DNA of 64,000 nucleotides from Cycas panzhihuaensis (GCA_023213395.1 CM041465.1:176769741-176833740); one strand, 5' to 3'. Shown: positions 41,092 through 55,354, numbered from the stretch's first letter. Notes: generated by a model not told the origin, from the sequence alone. A program made the numbers and translations.

Positions 41092-41439
41092 GGGGGAATG
41101 TTGTCATGGGAATTTGCTGATTTGAGTTTTCATTACTTGTTGGTTCTTGTTTGCTTTGAGTTTTATATTTTGATTGAGGCTCCTGTACAATCAAGCTGTG
41201 TGTTCATGTAGTTCAAGTGCTTTGGCCAATCATCATTTATTAACATTACATTCCTCGTTCTTGGAGCCCTAGCTTGTTTGATCGGCTACCATCTCTATAG
41301 ATGTCATGTATGGGACTAATGCTCATATACTTTTATTATTCTCGAGCTTGTGTCTAGGAGGCTGGAACCCCTCAGAAAGGTGTCAAGCCTTCACATCTCA
41401 CTTTGGTTGATCATTGTAATGCTGCAGTGGTATCAGAGC
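41092..41439 (+). mobile_element. Isolated LTR-like unit bracketed by a PPT and a PBS
   Basis: GGGGGAA (41092-41098), then TGTTG...GCTGCA (41099-41426), then TGGTATCAGAGC (41428-41439). No partner LTR seen in the window. Confidence 0.55.
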
Positions 41440-42329
41440 ATGTTACTTTCCATAGACTGAATTCCTCGTCTTTTGTTCTATTTAAAAAACAATTGCCAAA
41501 ATGTTTAGTATTCATCTCAAGCAAACACTCAACTGCAAAAGAAAATATTGAATAAAATAAAACAAAATTTCATTTTTGTGCATTCCAACATAGATGCCAA
41601 ACCTCATACAACCTATTTAGAGAAAATTGTATTAATAATTATCAACAAAATAAATAATATTGTGCTTAGAAAACTCACCACACCATTTTTTGTTAATATT
41701 CAACATTTGGCTGCTTTGGCAGATAACTTGGGAAGTATAGAAGGAAATTATCAAGACATGCAAATCAAGGTAATGCAAGAATGAATTCACCAAGGGTTTT
41801 TGATTCGAACATTAAGTGGCAAATGTAGGTTATACTTGTAGGCCAATTATTGTATTGCACAGTGGCCAAACAAATCATTTAGCACAACAAACATGCAACT
41901 TGGGCATTATCAACACATACACTAAAAAATCAACACATAGATTAGCATCGCTTACATAAATGCCAATCAAACATAAATTAAATAAATATTGATGTGATGT
42001 ACATCAGGTAGCAAATAATGGTGGCTTACAAAATTGCTCACGGGAAGTCATTAGAATCAAGTGAGAAATTCAACATTAACACATTGACAGTAGTAATTGA
42101 TCTTAAATTCACCTACTAAGACATTGTGATGTGGGCAGAATTTGGTGAATTCAATTGGACAAGTCAATATTAATATGTCTATAGTTGTCAATCATCCTTT
42201 AATCCTACTAAGATATTGCAATTCAAGTGGTCATGAATAAGACTTTTTAGCCTTGGTTAAAAAAATTTGTGTTCATCTTCTTTGATGACATATTAACGAA
42301 CGTTTCTTATATGTTGACTTAGTTTTCTT

Positions 42330-42590
42330 GAGATGGTGTGTTTTATGCTAAGGAATCAAAACTTATTTATGAAAAACAAGTAGTAGAATATTTAGGATAT
42401 ATCATATTAGTGGGAGTTGGATCCAACACAAGTTAAAACCATTATGAATTGGATGACTAAAAAAACTAAATTATGGGGATTCTTGGGCCTAACTAGTTAT
42501 TGTTGAAAGTTCATAAAAAACAATGCTTGCATCGGAGCCCTTCTGACTATTTTATTAAAAGGAGATCTCTTTATATGCGATAAAGAGATA
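42330..42590 (+). mobile_element. Ty3/gypsy RT fragment (pseudogenised)
   Basis: Remnants VEYLGYII and GFLGLTSY..KFIKN.A.I.A.LT.LLK. Cut at ~42591 by further unresolved LTR-like DNA extending to ~45400. Confidence 0.7.
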
Positions 42591-45420
42591 TGATGTCTAT
42601 CGAGGCAGGTCAGCCAAGAAACCATAAGTAAGGAGGAAGAGTGTTTTTCACAAAAGGCAACTACGATAATGGGTCTCGATGGATTTTCGACCCCTTTCCA
42701 AAAGGAAGAGGGATGTCTTTCTAAGTGTGTGCTAAGTAAGAAAATATAAGCAATTGTTATCCCTAAGTGTGTGTGTGTTAAAGCAAGAAAATATAAAGAA
42801 CTGTTATCTAAATGCTAAATCAAGCAACATAAAAAAACAAAGAGAAAATTAAAGAAACAAAGCAAGTAATTTTTAACAACCCCCCTTGAGGAGAAGATCG
42901 AACAAATAAAAATTCTCAATGGATGGGAGGATTGTAGGGATCCTTGTCCCAAAAGAAGACATCCTAGGCTCTCTATCAACTAATCATCAAGTGCTCCTAA
43001 AAAAACAATCTATTTTAAACCTTTATCTAGCCATGAATTAAAAAACTATATGGTACTAGCTATGGAATAGGACAATTGATATATGTGAAGACTCAAAAGA
43101 GCTTGGATTCTAGATTAATGATCCTATCAAGGTTGGTTGCTAAGGATTTTTTCTCTTGATGATGATTTACTTGTAAAGGTGGATGGATTGAGGATGCTTG
43201 TGACTGATTTTGGCGAGTTCTACATATTTGGAGGTGAAAGAGAGAGATAGAGTTGTTCTCAACTCATAGTGTGGCGAAAAATCGACACCTTTAGAGTTTT
43301 GAACACACCAAAAAAATAATCTCAAGAGATGAAAAGTTTGTATGTTGGAGATATAATGTTTTGGTTAATTAGAAGTCCCTTTCATAATGAAAAATATGTG
43401 CTCTCAAGAAAGGATGAGCTTGAATGTCAAGGATGTCAAATCTTGGATGACCAAGAATTTTTTTACAGAGATAGGCTTAGCCTAGCGTGAGTAAATAAGA
43501 TCAAATACCTATATGCAGGTTAACATGCACTTTAAATTTGTATGAAATCATTAATGATTCAAGTTAAGCATAAACTGTATAGCACAAATAAATATACTTT
43601 CAAACTACTTATCTTCTAGTTCCAATAACCCTAAAGTGCCTCTCCATAGGGTTTTAAGCTCCTTCACCTTGTTCATTCTATCACGGTCTTCCAAGTGTAG
43701 TAGAAATGTTGTGGGGATTGTAATTATAACATTATATGTTTTTTTTTTTTTTTTTTCTGAAGTCATTTTATTACACCATTGTATTCAAATTTGTATCTTG
43801 TGAGTAAATCTCTCATCCCATTGTTTCACATTCTCACCCCTGTTCACTTCTCCCGTTTATTGAAAGATCAATTACTTTAAGGACTATAAGAGCTTCCTTT
43901 TAGGGTTCCTAAGTTAAGCCACTCACCTCCTTGGGGTAATTTTCTAGCACCAAGGTTATGTGTACGAACTTCCCCTCATACTATGAGTAGGAAATTTTAA
44001 GCCAATGAGGCCTAGCTCTCAAGTGGAGATGGGAAAGCTAAACCCACAACACTTCAAACTTTCAAGCAAAAACAAATTAACTAAACCTTCACCAATTTAA
44101 CTCACAACACAAGCAAAGAGCAGTCTCAAACCCTAACTATAAAAATGACAAAGTAAATAAAAGATTACAAGCAAGTTAATGTGGACTTACTTACAAAATG
44201 TCAACATGAAGAATATGGTGGAGAGTTGTCTCAGATTAGTGTTGGGGCATCTCCAAAATCCTTCAAAGCCAGTTCTAATAGGTGAGAAATGCACTAGAGA
44301 ATGACTGAGAGTACAAAGTAATGTCAAAATGATGATCTCTTACATAGAGGAGTGAGAAGAATACGAAGAGAAGAAGACTAAAAGAAGGAAAGAGTTTGGA
44401 ATTTGAGTATGTACAACCTCAAGCTTGAAAAATCTTCCAATGCTAGTTTAGTTTTTATTTCAAAAGGTTGCTTCAATGATACAAAAGAGATGCAAAATGT
44501 TGAGGTGAAATTTCTACAGCACTTTGTTGTATAAAACCTGATTCGCTATTTGCTTAAGAAACAAATAGATATTTATAAGAGAAATATGAGTGAATGGTGT
44601 CAGAAAACATGGGAAAAAATGGGTCATAGTTTTACGAAAAATAGTGTTTGTACGGTAAGGAAAAACGTTTTGCCATTATATTATTAGTATTATTATTTTC
44701 ACGCAAGAAAATAAAAATTTGCGAAGAATGTCAAAAACTGTGACAAAGAGTAAAAGCTGTGACATTTAAAAAAAAACTAAAACTGTGGCTTTCACATTTG
44801 GTCATAGTTTATTAAGGAGGTTGCGATCTGGGTAACATCAAAGCTACAACAAATAGTAAAAACCAAAATAAACGTGTTTTGATGAAATTGATAAAATTAT
44901 GAATTTTTGTTTTAAAAAAAGTAATGAGATTACTTTTCATGATTGTACCACAAAGCCAATGAGGAGATGAATAAGGGCATGAATATGAAGCAAGGGTGAA
45001 ATGAAAGCAATCAATTAATAAACAAGAAGTTTTAAAAGTCGTGAAAAAAGCTGAAAAAGTTAGAGTTAAGCTTTAGAATAAGCTCCAGGTAAGTTCTTTT
45101 AAGATTTATACATCATAGGCAGCGATTTAAAATAGGCACAAGCACAATCATACTAAGCAATCATTATGTCAATCAATCTGCTAAATCATTTATGGGATAA
45201 CTATTTGACTTTTTAAAATTTTTTATATTTTTTATTTTTTTAGAATATTTTATTTTTAGATGTAAATTCAAGTTGTCTATATAGAGAAATGGACCCACCA
45301 TAGTTTAACTTTATTAGTGCTTGCTTTTTAAAGGTGTAATTATCATAGTTTAGCTTCTTTAGTGGCTATTTCACACTCTTTAAATAAATAAGAATATAGA
45401 GTTTTAGAGAGTCTACACCT

Positions 45421-48400
45421 TGTTGAAATATGTGATATTATTCACATATCTACTATTTAATGTAATTATAGGGGATCCACACGAAATCCTACTTACCAAA
45501 TATATTAAGAGATGTGAAATACATGTTTTTTCATGTATACATACTATTGGATGATAAAAAGCTCAAAAGATAATTTACACTATTCATGAAGAGATTATTC
45601 ATATAAATATGTATACACATCACTGGAGAATTTGAAAAAAGATTAAGAAAGGTCATTGGTTTAGAGATATATTCATTTGATATTTAAAGAAGGGTTTCCA
45701 ATTCCAACATTCTCCCGTAGTTTTTTTCACATTGATTTTTTTACGTATAAATCTGTTATCTAGCTTACGGTGCATGCTTGATATGTTTATGATCCATATT
45801 ATTGCTTGTTATATTCATCTTTCTATACATGATTTGTGTACGTTCCTTATGATATGATTAATTGGTTATGCATGTTTGATATATTTTTGCTGCACAAAAT
45901 GAGTACATCATAATATGGTATCGGAGTTAAGTTCTAAAATAGTATCAGAGCTATGTTATAAAGATCTTGCGAAAGTAGATTGTAAGCTTATACAAACCAT
46001 ATTGATGAAATAGTTAAGTCAACAGTTGAGCTAGTGTCAAATATAGTAATAAGCCAATACGAGAGCTATGATTTAATGAGCCAAAATTTTGATTATGTTA
46101 GTTATACTAGTGACATGTAATTGGGATTTTAGGGTTAGATGAAGTTGATGAATATGAATCAAAGCGATATATTCATTGTATGATGGCAAATTTATGCAAT
46201 ATGTGGTAATATTAATATATAAAGGTTTGTATAAAATTTATGGCAACAATTCACTGATATTATAAACAAAGGTTTAATTGCAACAAAAAATTATGTGTTG
46301 AATCACAAGTATTGATTTATTATCTATTATGAGAAACAACCAATGTAAGCATGTACATAATAGAGGCACCTACAATTACTATATCAACAGGAAAAGAATA
46401 GTAATTACGTTGAAGAGGTATACAACGATGGTGGCATACTTGAGTGAGCACTTTATCTTTATTGTTGCAAAGGTGGAGAATAAGAAATACGTAAGGGAAA
46501 CACCAATATGCTCCCGGTTGTGCAACTTTCCCTTCTTCATTAAGTCGAGGGAAGAGAAAACAATTCTAAATCCCACAAGAAATGGCCATGCTCTGTAGAA
46601 TTCCCTCCTTAAGAGTCTGTCGTAAGGGTTCAAACCCCATTGTTATCCATCATGTGAAAATCACTACATATCTGCCCATTGTTGATGTACCCACAACTAG
46701 TCATGAAGAAACGCTGACAAACGCCTTGATAATATCACCTATCGCATGAAGATCATGAGTTGAGCATGAAGATCAACACACTAACAAATAGAGAACCACA
46801 ATGCCACTACATTGCCCTTGCTCTTAGTGAAAATCACCCACGCTCAAGAAGTTAAATGGAGAATTGCATGCATGTCATTGCCATGAAGATCATACCCACT
46901 GCTCACTATCAAGCTTGCCATTGCACAAAGAAGAATTCATTGTAGGTAAAGAGCACACAAAGATCTACAACCGATAAACACACTACATATAGAGAAAATT
47001 GACATAATTGCAGATGAAATTCGCCCAAAGAAAATATGCACATGAATTTTATTTGATAATTAAATAATTTATAAGTAAATTTATGGATTTAATTATTTTT
47101 GATAATATTTCAATTTCGGACACATGAAGAATGTCAAAACACTATTAATCAGATTTGGTTTTTTTTTTTTTTAATGTAAAAATGATTTAATTATATTGGA
47201 TAGATTCTTGAAATTTACTAGCTCCATTTTCTTTTAGCAGACGGTCATATGATGTTACCATATGACTAGTGGCTAGCCAAAAAGAGACAAAGCATTTTCT
47301 TAAGGGCTTACTTTTTTATAATACATTAATAGTTTTTCAAGCACAACTTTTCATTAGGATATCGCATTCAAGTATCATCAATTGTGTTATAAAGAGAATT
47401 CTAAAATGGTTGAAACGAGTGGTTACAAGGCAAATTTCAAAAATCAGAAGAGATATATTTTAATAGATAAAATTAAGCAAAGCGATTTTAACCTTATAAA
47501 AGATGTATTTTATGATTCTTTTTAGATATATTTTTGCATATTCTAATATTTTCAAAGACTCTAGAAATCATGATAATGCTATCGATAATAGATGATGAAT
47601 GAAAAATGATGTTTCATTTAAAAAGTGAATACATAAAAACTTCTTTATAACATTTAAAGGTTATAAAACAAATAAAAAATTCATGATGTGGAAACATATT
47701 TGAGTTGAATTTAATATGAGAATCTTTTGACATATGTTGGACATGAAAATTCCTCTTAGAATTCATACATTTGATGAAGTGTAAGTACACAACATTTATC
47801 AAATATCAATATTCACTTAGTTTATTTGACACATATTTAAATGAACGATGATTGATGACACCACTTAATATTGATAAAGGGTTCAATTTGATTGCTTATT
47901 TGTTTGAGAGATAAGTAGATCTGATGATTGAATAAATTTTCACCAGTTTATAAGACATGGAGAATAAAAAAAAAGGTCTCATATATGTTGATTGCTTAGC
48001 GCTAATACAATTGTTAAGATTATTCAATTGGTACATGATATGTGTTTGTCAGTAAAAAAATTGACTAGCCATGTATGATAAGAGACATAAAAACATATTA
48101 CTTTTGTCGCATTGTTATAATTAACTTGTCTTGGCTAGATAGTATGCCATGTTCCTAGAGTTAACATATTTGGATGATTGATTTAATGATGATGAACTAT
48201 TAATGGTTGTTAAAAGAAAGTTGCAAGTGTATAGAAGCACTAATGAAGGTATTACACAACTTATTTGCTCGTACACAAGAGACGAAATAAATGGTGCTAC
48301 TCTTATACAATATATAGATTATATTGTTAATGTCGTATGCAAAAAATAAGCGATATTTATGTTACTTTTATTTGTTGATAAATCACATACAAAAAATAAC

Positions 48401-51400
48401 TTCCTAAAAAACTAGTGGTTATAACAACTAGTTACCCATGTATTTTGGTAGATAGTTGTTTTATATGGATATCAGTAATCATTTTCATTTTTGAAATTAT
48501 TCAGATGACGTTGACAGATGATGATTTATACCAGCTTTACAAGTGAAGATATGAAGATGTTTAGGGAAATACGTCATATAAACATGACAAATGAAAATCA
48601 TGTATATTAGTTGACATTTGTTGGTTTTTTTTGATATGGTAAAAAATAGAAGGAGTTTTAGTAGGTCACCAAACCTTTTACAACGACTGTCATACGGCTA
48701 TAGAACAAAATGACCATGACATATCCATGGCCTAGCATAACAGGATCCACTCTAAACATACTAAGCCTTGACAAGCCTTAACTTTCCCCATTTTGAGCTA
48801 ACACATCCAATCTCATCAGACTCAGGAGCTCATCCGGGAAATTCTCTTTCCAAATCTGCTTTCCCTTATTTAAAACCGCCTAGTTGGTGAGTCAATCTGC
48901 TGCAACATTTCTTTCCATGTACGTGTGCCAGAGCTAGGTACTCTGGTTGGATCTTAGAACATCCTGAGCATCCCTCACCACATGCACATTGTTCTAATCA
49001 GCCTCCGCCTCCCCCCTAAGGATCCTGATCACATTTAAAGAATCTCCTTCTATCATCATCTTATCGTGGTTATCCTCATCCACCATAGCTACAACTTTCT
49101 GCATAGCCTTAATTTCAGCACAGTGGTTTGTCTGTTAACCGTAGTATTCCACAAAGGTCCACCTTACTGTCCCATCATGGTATCTACAAAGGCCACCCCC
49201 GCCAACCTCATTAGGGTTGCCTTTAGACACTCCATCAAAATTTATCTTCACCCAGTTCTCACTAGGTAGCCTCTAGGAACACTTCCTCCTTTGCACCCCA
49301 GTAATTTTTGGGCAGCTGATCCCCCAACCCTCCATGATATTCCTCTTCTCCCTCGGAACCTTTTCCTCCTCCAAGGGTTTGATCATTTCTATTGTCGCCT
49401 CTGAGATCATCTAATAGAGCCTATGTTCATCCAGATCCTTCCCTCGGAAGATTCTTCTGTTACGTTCCTTTTAAATATTCCAAAGTTCGACAGGCATAAT
49501 CAATTTTCATAGCATTCCCAACGTCTTACTCCTAAAGGGAGACTTCCATAACATCCACTGCTCTATCAATGTCCTAGGAAACACCAAATCTGTCCCCAGA
49601 TTGGTCTAGATACAGGCCTAAATTCCCCTAGAGAAGGGGCAATGGATGCTAATGTGGTCCAAAGACTCTTTATCCTTCCAGCACAACACACATCTATTCG
49701 GAATGGAGAAACCGCGTCTATGAAGATTATCAATTGTCAATATCTTATTCTGCAGGCAAAGCCACCAGAATACTGTCACCTTTGGGATGAGCCCTAGCTT
49801 TCAGACCCCAACTAGCAACGCATTCTTGTCGAACCCCTCCTCCAAGCAGAAAGATTAGTAACCCTCCCTTCCAGAGTATGACCCAGAGGGGGAGTATGAC
49901 CAGATCAATGTATCAGCCATAGGCCTTTTGGGGATATACCGATTGCTCAACTCGTTCTTGGAGGTTTGAATATCTTCCCCCCCCTCTCTTAGGTCCCTTG
50001 TATTTCCTCAAAGGATTTCTACTTCTTATCTCTGCCCTGTCCCTCCCAGTAATCCTTGACCAATGATCCAAAAGTGCCCTCACAAACACCCTATAAGTTA
50101 CTGATAAGAGGTATATCTTTCAATTTGTAGTTTCTAAACCATTTATCCTCCCAAAACCTGATGCTTCCCCCGTTCCTCAGCTTCCATCTCAAATTTGGCC
50201 ACCACCAGTAGAATTTTGCCTCTTAGACTGAGGAGGGAGCCTTTCCATCTAGCCATCTTCCTTTGGATCCTATCCACAATGGGATTCCAGAGATTCTTGC
50301 TCATATTTCCCACAAAAAGAGGCATCCCTAGGTAAGTGGTTGGAAGAAGTCTGATGGGGATCTCCATCTCTTTGTTGACCCTCCTCTGAAGTCTCTTAAG
50401 GGTGTTAATAAAAAAGATAGAACTCTTCTCCAAGTTAATTCTTTAGTTTGTGGCCCTCTCATAAGCCTGAAGCATCGTCTTAAATGCTCTAGCTTCCCTT
50501 AGGGCTGCCTTACCTAAAAAAATGTTATCATTAACTAACTAATGATGAAAAATATTTTCAATGCTGGAAGAGGGCTTCAGTGCAGACACCCAACCTTTCC
50601 TTCTGGCTTCTTCAACAACCCTCCCTAATATTTATGCCATAATGATAGATAGGTAGGGGGTTAAAGGATCCCCTTGCCTAAGTCCTCTGAAGCCATGGAA
50701 AAAGGGGGTCAAAGTACCATTTATCAACACAAAGAATGATGGATTGGAAATACAACACCTCATCTAATCCCTCCAAACCTCATCGAAACCAAAAACCTAG
50801 AGACAATCAATTAAGCAATCCCAGGCCACTTGGTCGTAAGCTTTGGACATGTCAGTTTTCACAATCATACCCACTTCTTTCCTATGGTAAACTGAATAAA
50901 CTGTCTCGTGGACCACTATTATACCATCCACAATTTGTCAGCCTTTCACAAATCCATCCTGATTTGGAGATATGATAAGCGGTAAGCATTCCTTGAGTCT
51001 ATTTGACAAGATTTTTACCAAAATTTGTATTTTACATTGCAAAGACTTATCAGTCTGAAGTCCTCCATGACTTTTCCTTCTTCCTTCTTTGGAATCAACA
51101 CCAGAAAAGTAGCATGCCACTCCTGCAGAATTGTTTTCTTCTCAAGGAATTCATCCAAGGCTTGTTTAAATCCTCCTTGATTATGTCCCAGAATTCTTGG
51201 AAAAAGCATAGAGGAAAGCCATCTAGCCTAGGAGCTTTTTCACGGCCCATATTGAAGATTTCCTTCTCCACTTTCTCTAGAGTGAAAGGATCTATCAGCC
51301 TTTTGTTTTGATCTTCATTGATTAACTTTGGGATATAACTCAAGAGATCCTCTCTTAGGCCCAAATCCTTGCATCCAGGTTCTTCGAATAAATTTTTGAA

Positions 51401-54400
51401 ATAATCCACCGCTATACCTTTGATTTCTTCTTTCGTCTCATGATTAACTCCATCCTTGCTACATAGCATATTTATTCTATTACAAGACCTATGTTTCAGC
51501 GTGGACATATGAAAAAACTTAGTATTTCTATCTCCCTCCACCAACCAGAGCGCTCTAGACTTCTGTTTCCAATGTATTTCCTCTTTAGCCAACATATCTT
51601 CTAGCTTTTTTGTAGTCGAACGTTTCATCTGATCCAGAGAGGCGGACCTACCTTCCTCCTGAATCCTCCCTTTGACCATATTAAGTTCCTCTAGAAGTCT
51701 ACCTTTAGCCTAAAAAATGTTTCTAAAGACTTATTTGTTCCAGCGTTTAATATGTCTCTTAACCCAATTCAACTTTCTAGAGAATCTAAACATGGCATAC
51801 CCCACCACGAGGGTACTCCACCATTCCCTAATCCAGTCCCTAAGATCTGGGTGTCTCAGCCATATAAGTTCAAACCGAAAAGGAGCCCCGTGGTGAATAC
51901 CTAGAGTATTAAACTCTAACATTAGAGGAGAATGATTAGAGGCCAACTTCAGAAGCGCCTCTAACTTGATGTCTGTATGGTGACTCATCCATTCATAGTT
52001 GATCAACATCCTATCTAACTTTATCTAGATGTGGTTGTTCCCCAATCTTCTATTTGACCAAGTGTACCTAGCCCCTCTAAGCGGGATATCCAGTAACCCC
52101 CCTTTCTGTAAGAAGTCTCCAAGGTCTGACATACTCTTAGACTAGCCCTCTTGACCCCCTTTCTTTTCACTCAGATAGAGAGCCAAGTTTAAATCCACCA
52201 CCATTAACCAGGGGCCCTTCTAGTCTTTGTGGATATCCACAATCCTATCCCACAGATTCTTTCTTCCTTCCATGTATGTAGGGGCATAAATATTAGTGGC
52301 CCACCATTAGATGTTTGTCCTTCTGCAGGTAAAGTAAACAGTCATGAAGTGGTCTTCCTGGACCACACCTTCTAGGGTCCCAAATGATAGCCAAACTGCC
52401 TGAGCCAAGAGATCCCTCTTTGGCCAACATTTCGCCATTCCTCCAGATCTTGTTTTTTACCTCTCACTCTTTTACTTTCTCAAGTTTCGTTTCCTATAAT
52501 AACATAATATTCTCTCCCATTCTAATTCTCAGATCCTTAACACTTCTCTACTTAGAGGAGGAATTCAAGCCCCTAACGTTACAAGATAAAACCCTCATAG
52601 CCAAACTCCCTGCTCCAGCCCTCAAGGGTCATTTTCTGCTCCTAAGGAATGGGCCTTCAATCACCCCTTCCTTTAGAGTACTTTGATATCCTTGATCAAT
52701 TTGGGATGCCGTTTCCCTGTCTCAAATCACTTTCTTGGACGGTATGTCGACCCTTTTATTGCTACCTAGATCAGGGGCTCTCCTCAGGCTTGACGATTCC
52801 TCCTGATCCCCTTTACCTTTAGTTATCCACATGTGAACCCCACTTGATGGATTTCCTGGCTCCCCCCTCTCAGATGAAACCTACTCGACCCTACAACCCA
52901 TTTCAACCTGGCTTTCTTCGTCCCTAGCTGAGTGCCCTTGCTGCGAATCCCCTTATCCTAGGGGTCACTCCTTCTCGTCACCCTCCTCTAAGAGATAATC
53001 GTCCTCATCCCAGTTAATCTCCTTCATCTACTCTACATGTGGAGTCTCAACTACCTTAGGCGAGGCCTCCTCTGCCCTCCTCTTTCTGATAATGCACTCC
53101 TCTTCCATAATAATTGGCCCTTACTGCCCTCCCCCCTGACTCCTAGGTCGTTCCATCTCCTCATGTTCCTTTAATATGAGCCTTTCCTCACCCTAAGGAG
53201 ATACATCTACCTTGGGCCTCATAGCAACACCTATGTTTGCTTCTACCACTGAATCCGTAGTGGCTTTACTTGGACCTCCCTACTCTCCAGCCCCAACCTT
53301 ATTTGTTTCTCCTTGACACTTCAGTAGTAAATGCCCCAAGCACCTACATTTTGGACATCTAAATCCATCCAACTCATAAACCAACTTTTGGTCAATATCC
53401 CATCTCTTCATTTCAATGCTTACCATTTCTAGGAGATCTCTGTCAAGTCTCGCCAAAACGCAAAACCTGGCATTTATCAACTGAGATATATTCTTTGTAG
53501 TTGAATCTATCGCTAATAATGGTCTGACTGATTTAGCCACCCCTTTCACCACTTCCAGATTCCAAAACTGCAAGGGTAGCCCCAGCATCTGGACCTAGAT
53601 CAGGGTTTGTTTAACCATTGGGACCATTGGGTCAAAATTCGGATGCTATTTTTCCAAAGTAATAGCCTTCCTACCAAGCATCCATGGAGATTTTAACAGA
53701 ATGACGATCAAATCCTCTTAGTTTGTAAACCTAAAGAGAATGTATCCCTTAGTCATAGCCATCACCTCCACCAGGGTCTTAGTTTTTCCATTTGTTCTTA
53801 GTCCAGCTCCTAATAATATCAAGTCCCAATCTAGGCCATGAAAACCTCCCAACCAAGTTGTTTTCCCAGTATTTCACCGTTTTTTTGGTTAGTGCTTTTG
53901 GTACAAGGATTTTTATTTGATCATTTTGATAGATAGGGTTTATCACATATTCACCAGTAACACCATTACTCAATACATCAAGGTAAGTCCTTCCCGGAGG
54001 AGATGACTGAGTCTGGTTTATCTAGATTGATTGCTCTATTAACTTAAATAAAAATAAATCATTGTATCATAAAATTTTTAACCTGGAACTCACCTAGCTC
54101 CATAAGACACCACCCGTTCTTTAAATTCCCTCTATGAGGGCTCCTATCTACCACCACTGTCCAATCTTTGCTCCACAATCTGCCTTCTTGGAAACTCGCT
54201 GCCTACCATTGTGAGCTGCTCTGAGCCCTTAACTACTGCCTCATCACATCATATCCATGCCTGCATCTGTGTCTACGCTGCTCATCAGTCTCCAAAATGC
54301 CACTAGCAAGTAACACAACCCGAGTGACTCTCTTCACCCGCACCAGCCAAACTTGTCTTCTCCTATACAAGGGGACTAAGACACAACCATCTGGGGCCTT

Positions 54401-55354
54401 GCCCCGTTTGCTTCTCCCATCCGTCCCCAAGACGCAGACTCCATGAGGAACTTAGTCGCCGCTACCACCATTGCAACCCTAACTAGCCCGCCTTCAGCTG
54501 TTTGTTCTATTCTATCTATTGTGTTGATATTTGATGGTTGATTAATGATTGGTATATAGGTTTTTATAGGTTGATTATTCATAATTAGTCATTGATGATC
54601 ATAGATGAATATATATAAGCTTTATAAGTTGATGTTTATAGGAAACAAGCAAAGATGATTGGTAGATTTATAGATTATAGGTGATACAGATTGATACAAT
54701 TTGATTCAAATTAATTCATCTTAATATAAGTTTTTATAGATATCGGTATATAAGGAAAGAAAAAGATTGAAGACCAAGGATGAAGATTGAAGACTTGAAG
54801 ATTTGAAGATATTAAACATTAAGCGAGAGTGTTGGAATATGTGATATTATTCACATATTTAATGTTTAATGTAATTATAATGGATTCGCATAAAATTTCA
54901 CTCATCAAATGCATTGAGAGATATGCAATACATACTTATTTATATAAACATCTTATTGGATGATGAAAACACTCAAGAGATAATTTAGGCTATTATGAGG
55001 AGATCATTCATATAAATATATATACATATCACTTAAGAACTTGAGAAAGTATTGAGAAAGGTCCTGAACTTTGGGATGTATTTATTTGATATCAAAAGAA
55101 GAGTTCCTAATTCTAATATTCTCTTGCAGTTTTTTTCACACTAGATTTTACACGTATTAAATTGTTGTCTATCTTGTAGTGCATGCTTAATATGGTCATA
55201 CTTTATGATTCATATTATTGTTTAATATGTTGATCTTATATATATGATGTATGTATAATCTCCATGATATGATTCATTAATTATATATATTTGATATACT
55301 TTTACTACACATAATAAACACATTATAATATGGTATCAGAATTAACTTTTAGTA
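45421..55354 (+). mobile_element. Decayed, internally deleted Ty1/copia element (~520-bp LTRs) hosting a nested L1
   Basis: LTRs 45421-45939 and 54830-55354 (TGTTG.AATATGTGATATTATTCACATAT...). PBS TAGTATCAGAGC at 45940-45951. PPT-like AAGCGAGAG before 54830. Flanks CACCT/TACCC could be a decayed TSD. Weak copia RT/RNase H-like remnants at ~47860-48620. Confidence 0.8.
48625..54522 (-). mobile_element. Near full-length degenerate L1-clade LINE with RNase H (a subfamily distinct from the + strand copy)
   Basis: TSD GTTGA(C/T)ATTTG(T/A)TGG (48610-48624 / 54523-54537, 2 mismatches) and a poly-T at 48625-48632. Minus-strand ORF1 (YWENNLVGRF, GLPLQFWN, CPKCRCLGH). ORF2: endonuclease, RT (KAPRLDGFP, LRQGDPL, YLGMPLF), zf-RVT, RNase H (VKINFDGVSKGNP). 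Internal deletion junction near 50196. Confidence 0.95.

Noticed and set aside
42591-45400. Further LTR-like blocks
   Set aside because: Probably TE-derived, but no paired repeats, PBS or TSD could be fixed, so boundaries are not reported.
19879-54522. Two inverted L1s flanking the gene as a composite or invertible unit
   Set aside because: Each has its own TSD and they are clearly different subfamilies, so they are independent insertions.
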